The notes beneath the pieces were generated by a model. That model made no database searches. It worked only from the letters and a program-made list of their open reading frames with translations, and had not been told where the DNA came from. Below are positions 49,250 to 59,633 of a stretch of 64,000 bases of DNA, piece by piece; positions within the stretch are counted from its first letter, which is position 1, and every line of letters starts with the position of its first letter. The DNA comes from Bacteroidales bacterium. Its GTDB lineage: Bacteria; Bacteroidota; Bacteroidia; Bacteroidales; GCA-2748055. The DNA lies in the NCBI GenBank assembly GCA_029931975.1, contig JAOZQY010000016.1:348-64347 (forward strand). Direction: 5' to 3'. The position numbers were made by a program, and so were the translations under genes.

Positions 49250-50191
49250 TTATAAAAATCTAATACTCTTATACTTTTGCGGGCTCTTGTCAACACTGAG
49301 ATCGAAGCAATATCGAACTGTTATTTCATGTGAGCCGCTATTATATTTTAAAAGTGGCGAAAGTTCAAAATCATATGAATACCCGATTTTGATTCCATTC
49401 ATCAATTCTATACCAAAAAGTGCAGTTAATGCACCTCCCACAGAATAGGAAACTCCTCCCCAGAACCTTTTATTGTATCGAATGTTGGTATTCAAATAGA
49501 CCAGGTTGGATCTGAGATCACTTTGAAGCATCAGTGAAGGCATGATCTCAAACATGGGATTGGCCAGCTGAATATTGTATCCGGCCATCAGATAATAGTG
49601 CCTGATTAGTTTTGTTTCGGCCAGGTCTTCCGGATAATCGAAGGAGGTCTGGTTCAAGTGGGTTGTTGAGATGCCAACATAAAGATTATCCGTATTATAA
49701 TAAGCTCCGAGCCCCATGTCAAAACCAAAAACACTTCCACCAGTTTGCGGGATGGCTACATCTCCTTCCGGGTTGATAATGCCGTCGCCATCGTCCCACT
49801 CCGGTGTGAGGGCCTGGTTGGCAAGCCCTATGTTGGCACCTATCCCCAGGCTTCCCTGCCCCAGTTCCATTCGGAAGGCATAGGATGCACTAAAATTAAA
49901 GTCGTTGTTAAAGGCCAGGTTATCGTTCATCAGGCTGACTCCAACACCATGTGTTCTTCCCAGGAGAGAAACCGGCATACTGGCTGTAAAAATAGTGGTA
50001 ACAGGTGAATTAGGAAGCCCGGTCCATTGGTTACGAAAGGCAGCCGCAAGGCATATTTTATCAGTACTTCCAACTGCACCGGGATTGTAAAACGGTGCAA
50101 GAAACATGTTCTGGCTGAATTTCGGATCCTGTTGCGCCTGAATATTAAGTGCAACTACTCCAAAAACAATTATATATACCAATCTTTTCAT
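49250..50191 (-). CDS. porP: PorP/SprF family type IX secretion system membrane protein
   Basis: 313 aa. Signal peptide ending QAQQ, then DPKFSQNMFLAPFYNPGAVG. C-terminal SGSHEITVRYCF. Lies directly upstream of gldK. Confidence 0.85.
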   Translation of the reverse strand: MKRLVYIIVFGVVALNIQAQQDPKFSQNMFLAPFYNPGAVGSTDKICLAAAFRNQWTGLPNSPVTTIFTASMPVSLLGRTHGVGVSLMNDNLAFNNDFNFSASYAFRMELGQGSLGIGANIGLANQALTPEWDDGDGIINPEGDVAIPQTGGSVFGFDMGLGAYYNTDNLYVGISTTHLNQTSFDYPEDLAETKLIRHYYLMAGYNIQLANPMFEIMPSLMLQSDLRSNLVYLNTNIRYNKRFWGGVSYSVGGALTALFGIELMNGIKIGYSYDFELSPLLKYNSGSHEITVRYCFDLSVDKSPQKYKSIRFL

Positions 50192-50363
50192 GGTCCGTTT
50201 AGCTCACTTCAGGGCAACTCTTTTTTGGCTTTTTCAAGATGGTAAATTAAACAAAAAATAGCCCACTTTAAAATTTTTTTCCCACCAGAGTATTTATAAA
50301 ATCAGGGCTCCCAGACAATTCGCGTTTATGCTTTATACTCCTAATTTAATTAATAAACGTGAA

Positions 50364-51539
50364 TTACTCATTTTCATTACTCAATCTGTTCAAAAAACGC
50401 CACCAGCGGTCCGGTATCTCTTGATTACTGGCTTGCTGGTAATCTTCATACGAACAGGACACAAAAAAGTTATAGCCTGAGTCGGGATTCTTTACTGGAA
50501 TCTCCATCCACCATCTTTCTGAGAGGGTGCTTTTATGAAAGATAATGTCGTGCCCGGCAGCATTCAGGGTGACGATGAACTTCTTAATATGTTCGGGGGT
50601 ATCAATGGGATTTTCACGGATGCGGTGGGTAAGTCCTTCCAGGAAATACCAGACAGACTGGGCCGCCAGGTGGGCTGTTTGACCATTAATATCGGAAGAT
50701 GGATTCAGTTCGAAGAATCCCAGGATGCTGGTATGTTCACTCAATCCGGCATACCTGGTGAGCTGACATAGCTCATCCCCAAAGAAGCCGTTAGGAGAAG
50801 CTAAGGTAGCTCCGGGAGCATCGGCATGCCTGACAGCACCCATATCTATACTGATAAATCTGGAATCACGTATCAGTGGTTCGGCCTGCCTGATTTCTTT
50901 TCGTGCCTCTCCCAGCCGGATGCTTTCCAGGTATGACTTTTCCAGTTGCTGTAGCTGTTTCTCAGTGACAAAATATGCCTGGTGTCCCAGGTTGGTTACA
51001 CTGAACTGTTTGAGCCCGGAGGTGTTTACAATCTGGTTTAGATAGTTGCGGGAATTCAAGCTGTCCTCGTTTAAAGAAAAATCAAGCATGGAATCGACGG
51101 TAAGGATCTGATGCAAACCCTTTTGTTTTTCAAGGGCCAGAAACACTCCCCGGCTCAGGTCCTGCGATCCACCAATAATGATAGCGATGATATCCCTCTC
51201 TAAAAGTTCCAGTATGATGTCTCTCAGAGCAAAATAGGTGTCGTTTATCGAGCCTCCGTTTTTTATATTTCCCAGGTCATAAATTTTCAGGTTGCTGTTT
51301 ATCTTGCGCAACTGATACAACTTGCTGCGAACCTGATCAGGTGCCTCTTTACTCCCTTTTATAAATCCATTAGTATCCACCGGAACCCCTATTAGGGCCA
51401 CCTGGTGTTTATCCAGTTCCCGGATGGGATGATCGGGAGTGTGAACAGAGATATGGTGACTAAAAGATTCAGTATGATCAAGGTTTTCGAATTCGGGCCT
51501 TTCGAGGCTTACGGGATCGAAATATCCATTCAGGTCCAT
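50364..51539 (-). CDS. arginase/formimidoylglutamase-fold protein (divergent metal-site motifs)
   Basis: 391 aa. The regions IIGGSQDLS, TVDSMLDF and ISIDMGAVRHADAPG align by eye with the ureohydrolase motifs GGDHS, DAHxD and DxDxxDPxxAPG, but several ligand positions are substituted. Confidence 0.6.
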   Translation of the reverse strand: MDLNGYFDPVSLERPEFENLDHTESFSHHISVHTPDHPIRELDKHQVALIGVPVDTNGFIKGSKEAPDQVRSKLYQLRKINSNLKIYDLGNIKNGGSINDTYFALRDIILELLERDIIAIIIGGSQDLSRGVFLALEKQKGLHQILTVDSMLDFSLNEDSLNSRNYLNQIVNTSGLKQFSVTNLGHQAYFVTEKQLQQLEKSYLESIRLGEARKEIRQAEPLIRDSRFISIDMGAVRHADAPGATLASPNGFFGDELCQLTRYAGLSEHTSILGFFELNPSSDINGQTAHLAAQSVWYFLEGLTHRIRENPIDTPEHIKKFIVTLNAAGHDIIFHKSTLSERWWMEIPVKNPDSGYNFFVSCSYEDYQQASNQEIPDRWWRFLNRLSNENE

Positions 51540-51559
51540 GGGGTGCGTTGTTTAACGTT

Positions 51560-53869
51560 TTACTTTTTTTTGGTACGGGAAGGGGCCTTTTCGATGATTT
51601 CCCGGCACTCTTCAAGAGTCAGATCTTCAGGCTTCTTGCTTTTTGGGATCCGGTAATTTTTCTTATTGAATGAGATATAGGGGCCGTAACGGCCATTGAG
51701 GATCAGCAGTCCGGGCTCCTCGTCGAATTGTTTGATGTTTCTGTTTTCCTCCTGGGCGCGTTTCTCGATAATGATCTCAATGGCCCGTTCGAGTTCTATT
51801 GTAAATGGATCATCGTCCTTTGCCAGACTGTAAAACTTGGATTTATGGCGGACATAGGGTCCGTATTTTCCTACGCCAATTATCAGTTCCTCCTCTTCAA
51901 ACTGTCCCAGGGTACGGGGCAGACGAAATAGATCCAGGGCTTCTTCCAGGGTGATGGTCTCCAGACTCTGACCTTTCAACAGGCTGGCAAAACGGGGCTT
52001 CTCTTCATCGCTGGCTTCTCCAATCTGTGCAATGGGACCAAAACGGCCGATTCTTACACTGATAGGTTTACCTGTCTTTGGATCCTCACCCAGGACCTTC
52101 TCTCCTTTAGACTTTTCTGCGGTCTGCGTAGCAGTATTAACTTTGGTGTGAAAGGGTGTATAGAAACGTTCAATCATTTTGGGCCAGTCCTTGCCCCCCT
52201 TTGCAATTTCATCAAACTCCTCTTCAACGGAAGCTGTGAAATTGAAGCTCATAATATTTTGAAAATTCTGCTCCAGAAAGTCGTTGACGATAGTACCGAT
52301 ATCGGTGGGAAAAAGTTTCCCCTTTTCGTATCCGTATTTTTCTTTAATCAGCTGTTCTGAAAGGCTATCACCTTTCAAAAGAAGCTGTACCATTTCGCGA
52401 TCAATTCCTTTGCGATCCTCTTTAATTACATACTCCCTGTTTTGTATTGTGGAGATGGTTGGCGCATAGGTGGAGGGTCTGCCGATTCCCAGTTCTTCCA
52501 TTTTTTTCACCAGGCTTGCTTCGGTATACCTGGCCGGTTGCAAGCTTGTTTTTTCTGTGGCTTCAATGAGCTCACGGGTCAGCTTATTCCCTTTTTCAAC
52601 CTGGGGAAGCAGCCCTTTTGCCTCTTCCTCCTGCTCCTCGTCAGACGATTCCATATAGACTTTCAGAAATCCATCAAATTTGAGCACCTCACCTGTGGCA
52701 ACAAAGCGTTCCGCTGCATGGGACACCATGATGGAAATAGTGGTCTTCTCCAATTGTGCCTCACTCATCTGGGAGGCAATGGTTCTTTTCCAGATCAATT
52801 CATAGAGCCGCTGTTCCTGCCTGCTGCCTTCAACGGAAGATTGATCCATGTAGGTAGGCCTGATGGCTTCGTGAGCTTCCTGGGCCCCTTTGGATTTCGT
52901 GGTGAAGTTCCGGATCTTCAGATACTTCTCTCCAAAATCCCCCTTGATTTTTCCTGCGGCCGTGCCAATGGCAAGTTTGGACAGGTTCACAGAATCGGTT
53001 CTCATATATGTGATCTTTCCCGATTCGTAGAGACGCTGTGCCACCGACATGGTTTGATTAACTGAAAACCCCAGTTTTCGGCTGGCTTCCTGCTGAAGAG
53101 TTGAGGTGGTAAAGGGGGGTGCAGGAGATTTCTTCATGGGCTTTTTCTCTATAGCTCCTATGGTAAAATCACTGGTCTGACATTTAGTAAGAAATGCTCT
53201 GGCTTCTTCGAGTTGATCAAAACGTTTTGACAGATCGGCTTTCAGCTGCGTCAAAGCTCCTTTTCCGTCCGGAACAGAAAATTTTGCTATTACCCGGAAA
53301 TATTTTTTGGGAGTAAATGCCTGTATCTCCCGCTCCTTTTCCACAATCAGTTTAACGGCCACCGATTGCACCCTTCCTGCAGAGAGGGAAGGCTTTACTT
53401 TTTTCCATAAAAGCGGGGAGAGTTCAAACCCCACCAGCCGGTCCAGCACCCTTCTTGCCTGTTGTGCATTCACCAGGTGGGTATCGATGTGCCGGTGGTT
53501 ATCCAGGGCATTCAGTATGGCATCTTTGGTAATTTCGTGAAAAACGATCCTCCGGGTTTTATCTTCATCCAGCCCCAGCTCTTCAAACAGGTGCCAGGCA
53601 ATGGCTTCTCCCTCGCGGTCCTCATCAGTGGCCAGCCAGACCATCTGTGATTCTGATGCCAGGCTTTTCAGCTCTTTGACAATTTTTTTCTTATCGGCCG
53701 GAACAATATATTTGGGAGTAAAACCTCCCTCAACATCGATTCCAAGATTCTTCTTGGCCAGATCTCTGATATGTCCAAAGCTGGATTTAACGGTATATCC
53801 TTTTCCAAGAAACCTTTCGATGGTTTTTGCCTTGGCGGGTGACTCAACAATTACAAGATTCTCTATCAT
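51560..53869 (-). CDS. topA: DNA topoisomerase I (type IA)
   Basis: LVIVESPAKAKTIERFLG Toprim start, DEDREGEAIAWH, and the active-site region ITYMRTDS. I prefer the ATG at 53869 (about 769 aa) over the track start at 53947. Confidence 0.95.
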   Translation of the reverse strand: MIENLVIVESPAKAKTIERFLGKGYTVKSSFGHIRDLAKKNLGIDVEGGFTPKYIVPADKKKIVKELKSLASESQMVWLATDEDREGEAIAWHLFEELGLDEDKTRRIVFHEITKDAILNALDNHRHIDTHLVNAQQARRVLDRLVGFELSPLLWKKVKPSLSAGRVQSVAVKLIVEKEREIQAFTPKKYFRVIAKFSVPDGKGALTQLKADLSKRFDQLEEARAFLTKCQTSDFTIGAIEKKPMKKSPAPPFTTSTLQQEASRKLGFSVNQTMSVAQRLYESGKITYMRTDSVNLSKLAIGTAAGKIKGDFGEKYLKIRNFTTKSKGAQEAHEAIRPTYMDQSSVEGSRQEQRLYELIWKRTIASQMSEAQLEKTTISIMVSHAAERFVATGEVLKFDGFLKVYMESSDEEQEEEAKGLLPQVEKGNKLTRELIEATEKTSLQPARYTEASLVKKMEELGIGRPSTYAPTISTIQNREYVIKEDRKGIDREMVQLLLKGDSLSEQLIKEKYGYEKGKLFPTDIGTIVNDFLEQNFQNIMSFNFTASVEEEFDEIAKGGKDWPKMIERFYTPFHTKVNTATQTAEKSKGEKVLGEDPKTGKPISVRIGRFGPIAQIGEASDEEKPRFASLLKGQSLETITLEEALDLFRLPRTLGQFEEEELIIGVGKYGPYVRHKSKFYSLAKDDDPFTIELERAIEIIIEKRAQEENRNIKQFDEEPGLLILNGRYGPYISFNKKNYRIPKSKKPEDLTLEECREIIEKAPSRTKKK

Positions 53870-53955
53870 CTTTCTAAATTTCCTTCGTTTTAGGTATTGA
53901 ATATAAAATAACTTAAATGAGTGTCCTGCTTCAAAATTTAACTCCAAATAATTAC

Positions 53956-53963
53956 TATTTTTG
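53956..53963 (+). promoter_or_regulatory. putative -7 promoter box (TATTTTTG) for the PBP1A gene
   Basis: TAnnTTTG match 20 nt upstream of the ATG at 53983. Confidence 0.35.
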
Positions 53964-53982
53964 ACACAAATCTGCCTTGGCC

Positions 53983-56370
53983 ATGGATAATAAACCCGGC
54001 AAAACTACAAAATATTTAATCATCCTCTGGACTCTATACACTCTTATGGTGCTATTGTTCATTGTAATCATGATTTTAATAGGTCACGGTAAACTCGGTT
54101 TTATGCCCGATTTTGCCCGTCTTGAAAACCCACAATCCAACCTGGCTTCGGAGTTAATTACCGAAGACGGGGAGTTGCTGGGGAAGTATTTTATTGAGAA
54201 CCGTAGCTATGTGGACTTTGAGGACCTGGCACCCCACCTGGTGGATGCGCTTGTGGCCACGGAGGATATTAGATATTACAGGCACTCGGGGATTGATGTG
54301 CGAAGCCTGACACGCGTCGCCATTAAAACTGTTCTGCTTGGGAAAGATGAAGGGGGTGGTAGCACTATTTCCCAGCAGCTGGCAAAAAATCTCTTTCCCA
54401 GGGATACCACTATTAATAAAACAAAGATCGGGAAGACCTTCCACCTGGCCATTAATAAATTTAAAGAGTGGAACACCGGGGTAAGGCTTGAAAGAAGCTA
54501 TAGCAAAAACGAGATCATTGCCATGTACCTGAACACGGTACCCTTTGGAGGAGAGTCCATCATTGGGATCAAGTCGGCTTCCCGGACCTTTTTTAACAGC
54601 TCGCCCGATTCTCTAACCATAGAACAGGCTGCCGTCCTGGTAGGTATGTTAAAGGCTCCCACGGCCTATAACCCAAGGGTCAATCCTGAGCGCTCATTTA
54701 CCCGGCGAAATACAGTGATCAACCAGATGGTAAAATACGGAAGTATTTCTGAGGAAGTGGGCGATTCGGTAAAACAATTGCCCATTAGTGTGGATTATAA
54801 TCTGGCCAGTCACCTGACAGGACATGCCAAGCATTTCAGGACCTTCCTTTCAAAATTTATGAACAAATCCCTCCCGATCCGCCCAAATGAGGGAGCAGGC
54901 ATATTGGCCTGGGAACGTTACAGGCGTGATTCCTTACGCTGGGTCAACGACAGGCTCTATGGCTGGATCAATAAGAATTACAAACCCGATGGCACACAGT
55001 ATGATCTTTACCGCGATGGACTGAGGATCTTTACCACAGTGAATTATAAGATGCAGGTTTATGCCGAGGAGGCAGTTGAGGCGCAGATGAAGGATTATCT
55101 TCAGCCCGAGTTTTTTAAGGAGAAGAAGGGTCGGTTCAATGCACCCTTCGAGGATATTTCATCCGAAGAGAGTAGCAGGATTCTTAACCGGACCGTCAGG
55201 CAGACTGAGAGATACAGGTCCATGGCAGCCAGGGGTGTTCCCTGGGACTCCATTTTACTGGCTTTTGATAAAAAGGCTCCCATGAAGGTCTTCTCCTGGA
55301 ACGGACCCAAAGATACCATACTGAGCCCCATGGATTCCATCAGGTATATGAAGCATATTCTGAGGGCCGGGTTTATGGCTATGGATCCGGTCAATGGATC
55401 GGTGAAAGCTTTTGTGGGGGGGCACAATTTCCGCTATTTTCAGTACGAGCATGTATACCAGGGCCGGCGCCAGGTGGGATCTACCATGAAGCCTTTCTTA
55501 TATCTGCTGGCCATGCAGGAGGGTTACTCTCCCTGCACTATGATTCCCCTGGTTCCAACCACCTTTGAGGATGTGGTCAATGATTCCACCTATCAGCCCA
55601 CAGCACCCGGGCGAAATATTTTTGCAGGTAAGAAAGTTACCCTGAAGTGGGGATTGGCCACCTCTCACAATTGGGTTTCGGCCTGGTTATTCAAAAATTT
55701 TAATCCTGAAAATGTGATCAGTCTTATGCGGAAAATGGGCGTGACCTCCTATATTGCTCCTGTACCCAGCATGATTTATGGTCCCTCCGACATCTCCCTG
55801 GAGGAAATGGTGGGGGCCTTTAATACGTTCTCCAACCGGGGGATCTATGTGAGTCCGGTTTATGTAACACGTATTGAAGATCATTATGGCAATGTGATCT
55901 CTTCATTTCATCCGGTAGAGTCTGAAGCAATCAGCCAGGAAACAGCTTACCTGATGCTTTCGCTCCTGAAGAATGTGGTGGATATGACTGGTCGCTACCG
56001 GGGCGAGTTTTATTCCGGAACTGCCAACAGGCTGCGTTGGAAATACGAGTTTGAAGGGGAGTTGGCGGGGAAAACAGGTACCACGCAGAATCAGAGTGAT
56101 GGCTGGTTTATTGGCCTTGCCCCAAGGCTTACTGCGGCTGCCTGGGTAGGTGGAGAGGACCGTTCCATTCATTTTGATAATCTGACCATGGGATCAGGAA
56201 CCAATATGGCTCTGCCCATTTATGGGGAATTTCTGAAACGGGTTTATGCTGACTCCACCCTTGGCATTACCATGGAGGATGAGTTTGAACGGCCATTGGA
56301 TTTTTATGTGGATATGGATTGCCCGGATATTATGGAGACCACCGGAGACAGTAAATATGGCGATTTCTAG
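53983..56370 (+). CDS. mrcA: penicillin-binding protein 1A (bifunctional transglycosylase/transpeptidase)
   Basis: N-terminal TM. GT51 motifs (ATEDIRYYRHSGID, GGSTISQQLAKN). Transpeptidase motifs: STMKP (SxxK), SHN (SxN) and KTGTT (KTG). The track start at 53977 is a TTG; the first ATG is at 53983. Confidence 0.92.
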   Translation: MDNKPGKTTKYLIILWTLYTLMVLLFIVIMILIGHGKLGFMPDFARLENPQSNLASELITEDGELLGKYFIENRSYVDFEDLAPHLVDALVATEDIRYYRHSGIDVRSLTRVAIKTVLLGKDEGGGSTISQQLAKNLFPRDTTINKTKIGKTFHLAINKFKEWNTGVRLERSYSKNEIIAMYLNTVPFGGESIIGIKSASRTFFNSSPDSLTIEQAAVLVGMLKAPTAYNPRVNPERSFTRRNTVINQMVKYGSISEEVGDSVKQLPISVDYNLASHLTGHAKHFRTFLSKFMNKSLPIRPNEGAGILAWERYRRDSLRWVNDRLYGWINKNYKPDGTQYDLYRDGLRIFTTVNYKMQVYAEEAVEAQMKDYLQPEFFKEKKGRFNAPFEDISSEESSRILNRTVRQTERYRSMAARGVPWDSILLAFDKKAPMKVFSWNGPKDTILSPMDSIRYMKHILRAGFMAMDPVNGSVKAFVGGHNFRYFQYEHVYQGRRQVGSTMKPFLYLLAMQEGYSPCTMIPLVPTTFEDVVNDSTYQPTAPGRNIFAGKKVTLKWGLATSHNWVSAWLFKNFNPENVISLMRKMGVTSYIAPVPSMIYGPSDISLEEMVGAFNTFSNRGIYVSPVYVTRIEDHYGNVISSFHPVESEAISQETAYLMLSLLKNVVDMTGRYRGEFYSGTANRLRWKYEFEGELAGKTGTTQNQSDGWFIGLAPRLTAAAWVGGEDRSIHFDNLTMGSGTNMALPIYGEFLKRVYADSTLGITMEDEFERPLDFYVDMDCPDIMETTGDSKYGDF

Positions 56371-56376
56371 AGGACT

Positions 56377-57735
56377 TTAGCCAAAGAGCAGTTTGGGCAA
56401 ATCCTGAACCCTGTTTACTTCAATGATTTCAAGATTAAATCTTGAAGGATCGAGCCTTTTTCGGTTGAAGGCCGGCATCAGGATTCTCTTCATCCCCAGT
56501 TTGTCAGCTTCCCCCAGACGTTGTTCGATTCGGTTAACCGGTCGGATCTCCCCCGAGAGTCCCACCTCCCCTGCAAAGCAGGTATTGGGGTCAATCGGAA
56601 TATCCACCGTGGAAGAGAGTATGGCTGCTACCACCGCCAGGTCAATGGCCGGATCATCTACCCGGAGTCCGCCCGCTATATTAATATATACGTCTTTGAC
56701 GGCCAGCTTAAAACTGGCCCGTTTTTCAAGTACTGCCAGTAGCATGCTCAGGCGGCGGTTATCAAATCCGGTGGAGGTACGCTGTGGGGTTCCATATACA
56801 GCGGAGCTCACCAGGGCCTGGACCTCAATCAGGATGGGACGTATGCCCTCCACATTGGCTGCAATGGCAGATCCGCTCAGATCGGGAGGTTGCTGGTTGA
56901 TCAGTAGCTCCGAAGGGTTCAGTATCTCGCGCAGTCCCTTGCCGGTCATTTCAAACACTCCGATTTCGGAGGTGGAGCCAAAACGGTTTTTGATGGAGCG
57001 CAGGATCCTGTAGAGATGGTGGGTGTCCCCTTCAAACTGGAGTACGGTATCCACAATGTGTTCCAGTACTTTTGGACCGGCAATGCTGCCATCTTTAGTT
57101 ATATGACCAATAAGTACCACGGGCATATGACTCTCCTTGGCAAGGCGGAGCAGCTGTGCAGCACAGTCTCTAACCTGGGAGATGGTTCCGGGAGCCGATT
57201 CAATGGCTTCAGAGAAGAGAGTCTGGATGGAATCAATGATGAGCAGTTCGGGTTTAGCCTGTGCGACCTGTGTAATAAGGGCCTGCAGGCTGGTTTCTGC
57301 AAGTATCTGGCATTTTCCATTCCCTCCTCCCAGGCGGTCGGCCCTTAATTTGATCTGTTGAGGGCTCTCTTCTCCGGAAACATAGAGGGTATGCTTATCA
57401 ATTTGCAGTGCAACCTGCAGGGCAAGGGTCGATTTCCCGATTCCCGGTTCACCCCCGATCAGCACCATGGATCCGGGAACAATGCCTCCCCCAAGAACAC
57501 GATTAAACTCTCCATTTTTCAGATCGATTCGGGAAACTGGTGCAGAGGCCACTTCCTCCAGATTCTGGGGGACTGCAAAATCGCGCCGTTCTGACATCCC
57601 CGGCTGAACCGGCCCTTTGTGTATCCGCTGTTCCACATAGGTGTTCCACTCCCCGCATGCATTGCAGCGACCGATCCATTTGGCCGATTCGGCGCCGCAA
57701 TTCTGACACACATATACCGATTTTATTTTTGCCAT
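56377..57735 (-). CDS. radA: DNA repair protein RadA (Sms)
   Basis: 452 aa. Zinc-finger CQNCGAESAKWIGRCNACGEW, Walker A GGEPGIGKST, KNRFG motif, and a Lon-like C-terminal domain. Confidence 0.95.
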   Translation of the reverse strand: MAKIKSVYVCQNCGAESAKWIGRCNACGEWNTYVEQRIHKGPVQPGMSERRDFAVPQNLEEVASAPVSRIDLKNGEFNRVLGGGIVPGSMVLIGGEPGIGKSTLALQVALQIDKHTLYVSGEESPQQIKLRADRLGGGNGKCQILAETSLQALITQVAQAKPELLIIDSIQTLFSEAIESAPGTISQVRDCAAQLLRLAKESHMPVVLIGHITKDGSIAGPKVLEHIVDTVLQFEGDTHHLYRILRSIKNRFGSTSEIGVFEMTGKGLREILNPSELLINQQPPDLSGSAIAANVEGIRPILIEVQALVSSAVYGTPQRTSTGFDNRRLSMLLAVLEKRASFKLAVKDVYINIAGGLRVDDPAIDLAVVAAILSSTVDIPIDPNTCFAGEVGLSGEIRPVNRIEQRLGEADKLGMKRILMPAFNRKRLDPSRFNLEIIEVNRVQDLPKLLFG

Positions 57736-58224
57736 CTACGGCTCTTTTCTATTGATGATCGAACTGGTGGAGTACCCTTCCAGTATGGGAATGGTTAACG
57801 CGCGTCCACCCCAGGAGGCAACCTCCAGGTGGCCAACAATTTCCCCCACCTCATAGTCGCCCCCTTTTACCAGCAGATCAGGTTGAAGGGTGGTAATCAG
57901 CTCCATGGGGGTCTCTTCCTCAAACACAATAATATAATCTACGAAAGCCAGGGCTCCTAACACTTCGGCCCGGGACACCTGATTGTTGACCGGCCTGCCG
58001 TGCCCCTTCAGTTTTGTAACAGAGCTGTCGCTGTTAAGTCCCACTACCAACAGATCGCCCAGCTCCCTGGCCCTGGAGAGATAATAAATATGTCCCCGGT
58101 GCAGCAGGTCAAAGCAACCATTGGTAAATACCAGCCGTTTTTCCTTTCTGAAAGGCCGGCTAAAGCGCCTGACGGCCTCCTCCAGGGGAATGTTTTTTTT
58201 GATGATCTGTTCGTAGGTGAGCAT
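57736..58224 (-). CDS. D-glycero-beta-D-manno-heptose 1-phosphate adenylyltransferase-like cytidylyltransferase (RfaE domain II type)
   Basis: 162 aa. FTNGCFDLLHRGHIYYL (HxGH nucleotidyltransferase motif). Its stop abuts the radA start with no gap. Confidence 0.75.
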   Translation of the reverse strand: MLTYEQIIKKNIPLEEAVRRFSRPFRKEKRLVFTNGCFDLLHRGHIYYLSRARELGDLLVVGLNSDSSVTKLKGHGRPVNNQVSRAEVLGALAFVDYIIVFEEETPMELITTLQPDLLVKGGDYEVGEIVGHLEVASWGGRALTIPILEGYSTSSIINRKEP

Positions 58225-58225
58225 A

Positions 58226-59263
58226 TCAGCTTGTGGATTTACCCTTGGTGACTTTTTTTTGGGAGAGCATCAGGACTGCATAAGATATTGCTCCAAGCAG
58301 GATGGTAAGAAGAGAGTTTGATTCATGGGCAAGGATGGCATAGGCAGTTCCGGTCTCAAGGGAGAAGCCATATACAAACATCAATCCCCTGGAAGTAATC
58401 CAGTGATAGGCGCCAAAGCCTGCTGTTACAGGAGCCGACATACCAAGCCCCCCGATCACCAGTAAAAACATTCCGTCAATAAAGGTGAGCCCGGAGAGCT
58501 CTCTCAGGGCAAAGACCACCACCCAGGTCATCAGAATATAGAGGAACCAGATCAGTAGAGAGTGGAGTACAAATTCCCATTTTCGCTTCATTCGATAGAT
58601 GGTCTTTAGCCCATCCAGAATTCCAATGAGAATATCTTTGATTTTGCGAACCAGGGAGAACCGGGCCAGTCTCTTTCGGAACAGGTAGATAAGAAGGAAA
58701 ACAAACAAAATTATAGCACCCACGATCAGCCAGAACACCCAGGTTCCTCCAAAGAGCTCTATAAATTTATGTTGTAGTGGTCCGTATACCTGTTCGCTAA
58801 AAAAGGCTCCAAACTTCTCCATCCAGCTGATTAACAGGATCAGCAGGATCATTAACAACATTAACAGGTCAATAACCCGCTCAATAATTACGGTCCCAAT
58901 GAGCGAATCAACAGGGATTTTCTCTCTTTTACCCAATGTGACGCATCTGGTAACCTCACCCAGGCGCGGCAGGGCATAATTGGAAAGGTAACCCACCATC
59001 AGGGAGTGGTAGGTAGAGCGGAAAGATGGTTTGTAACCGAGGGGTTCAATCAGGAGCATCCACCTGCGGGCCCTGCTAAAAAATGAGATACCCGCAAAAA
59101 AGAGAGAAAGCCCGATCCACCAGAAATTGACCGTTTTAAGCGTTGTGGCCAGTTCATCAAAGGCCACCCCCCTGAAAGCAAAATAGAGCAGCAGGATTCC
59201 AAGTGCCAGGAAGCCGGCAATTTTCAGAATTTGAAGGATGGCTTTTTTCAAAGGAGGGATCAA
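58226..59263 (-). CDS. flippase-like / lysylphosphatidylglycerol-synthase-TM-region family membrane protein (UPF0104-type)
   Basis: 345 aa with about 8 TM segments. [10 protein letters not shown] as remembered from this family. Apparent TTG start overlapping the panD stop (TTGA). Confidence 0.6.
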   Translation of the reverse strand: MIPPLKKAILQILKIAGFLALGILLLYFAFRGVAFDELATTLKTVNFWWIGLSLFFAGISFFSRARRWMLLIEPLGYKPSFRSTYHSLMVGYLSNYALPRLGEVTRCVTLGKREKIPVDSLIGTVIIERVIDLLMLLMILLILLISWMEKFGAFFSEQVYGPLQHKFIELFGGTWVFWLIVGAIILFVFLLIYLFRKRLARFSLVRKIKDILIGILDGLKTIYRMKRKWEFVLHSLLIWFLYILMTWVVVFALRELSGLTFIDGMFLLVIGGLGMSAPVTAGFGAYHWITSRGLMFVYGFSLETGTAYAILAHESNSLLTILLGAISYAVLMLSQKKVTKGKSTS

Positions 59264-59610
59264 TTTATCTTGTTGGAGTCGGTATCGGGGAAGATCAATG
59301 CCGGTTTAAAAGATTTGGCCTCTTCGAAATCCATGGAAGCATAGGAGATAATGATGATGATATCTCCAACGGCCACCTTTCTTGCGGCAGGTCCGTTCAG
59401 ACACACCTGGCCGGATCCCCGCTGGCCGGTAATCACATAAGTTTCCAGTCGTTCCCCGTTATTGATATTGACAATCTGAACTTTTTCATTCTCAATCAGG
59501 TTGGCAGCATCCATCAGATCTTCATCGATAGTAATGCTACCCACATAGTGCAGATCAGCTTCGGTGACTGTTACTCTGTGTATTTTTGATTTGACAACTT
59601 CGATATGCAT
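59260..59610 (-). CDS. panD: aspartate 1-decarboxylase
   Basis: [23 protein letters not shown] contains the G-S self-cleavage site. The first ATG is at 59610; the track start at 59631 is a TTG. Confidence 0.93.
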   Translation of the reverse strand: MHIEVVKSKIHRVTVTEADLHYVGSITIDEDLMDAANLIENEKVQIVNINNGERLETYVITGQRGSGQVCLNGPAARKVAVGDIIIIISYASMDFEEAKSFKPALIFPDTDSNKIN

Positions 59611-59633
59611 GGCCTCTGACTTAGGATACAAAT

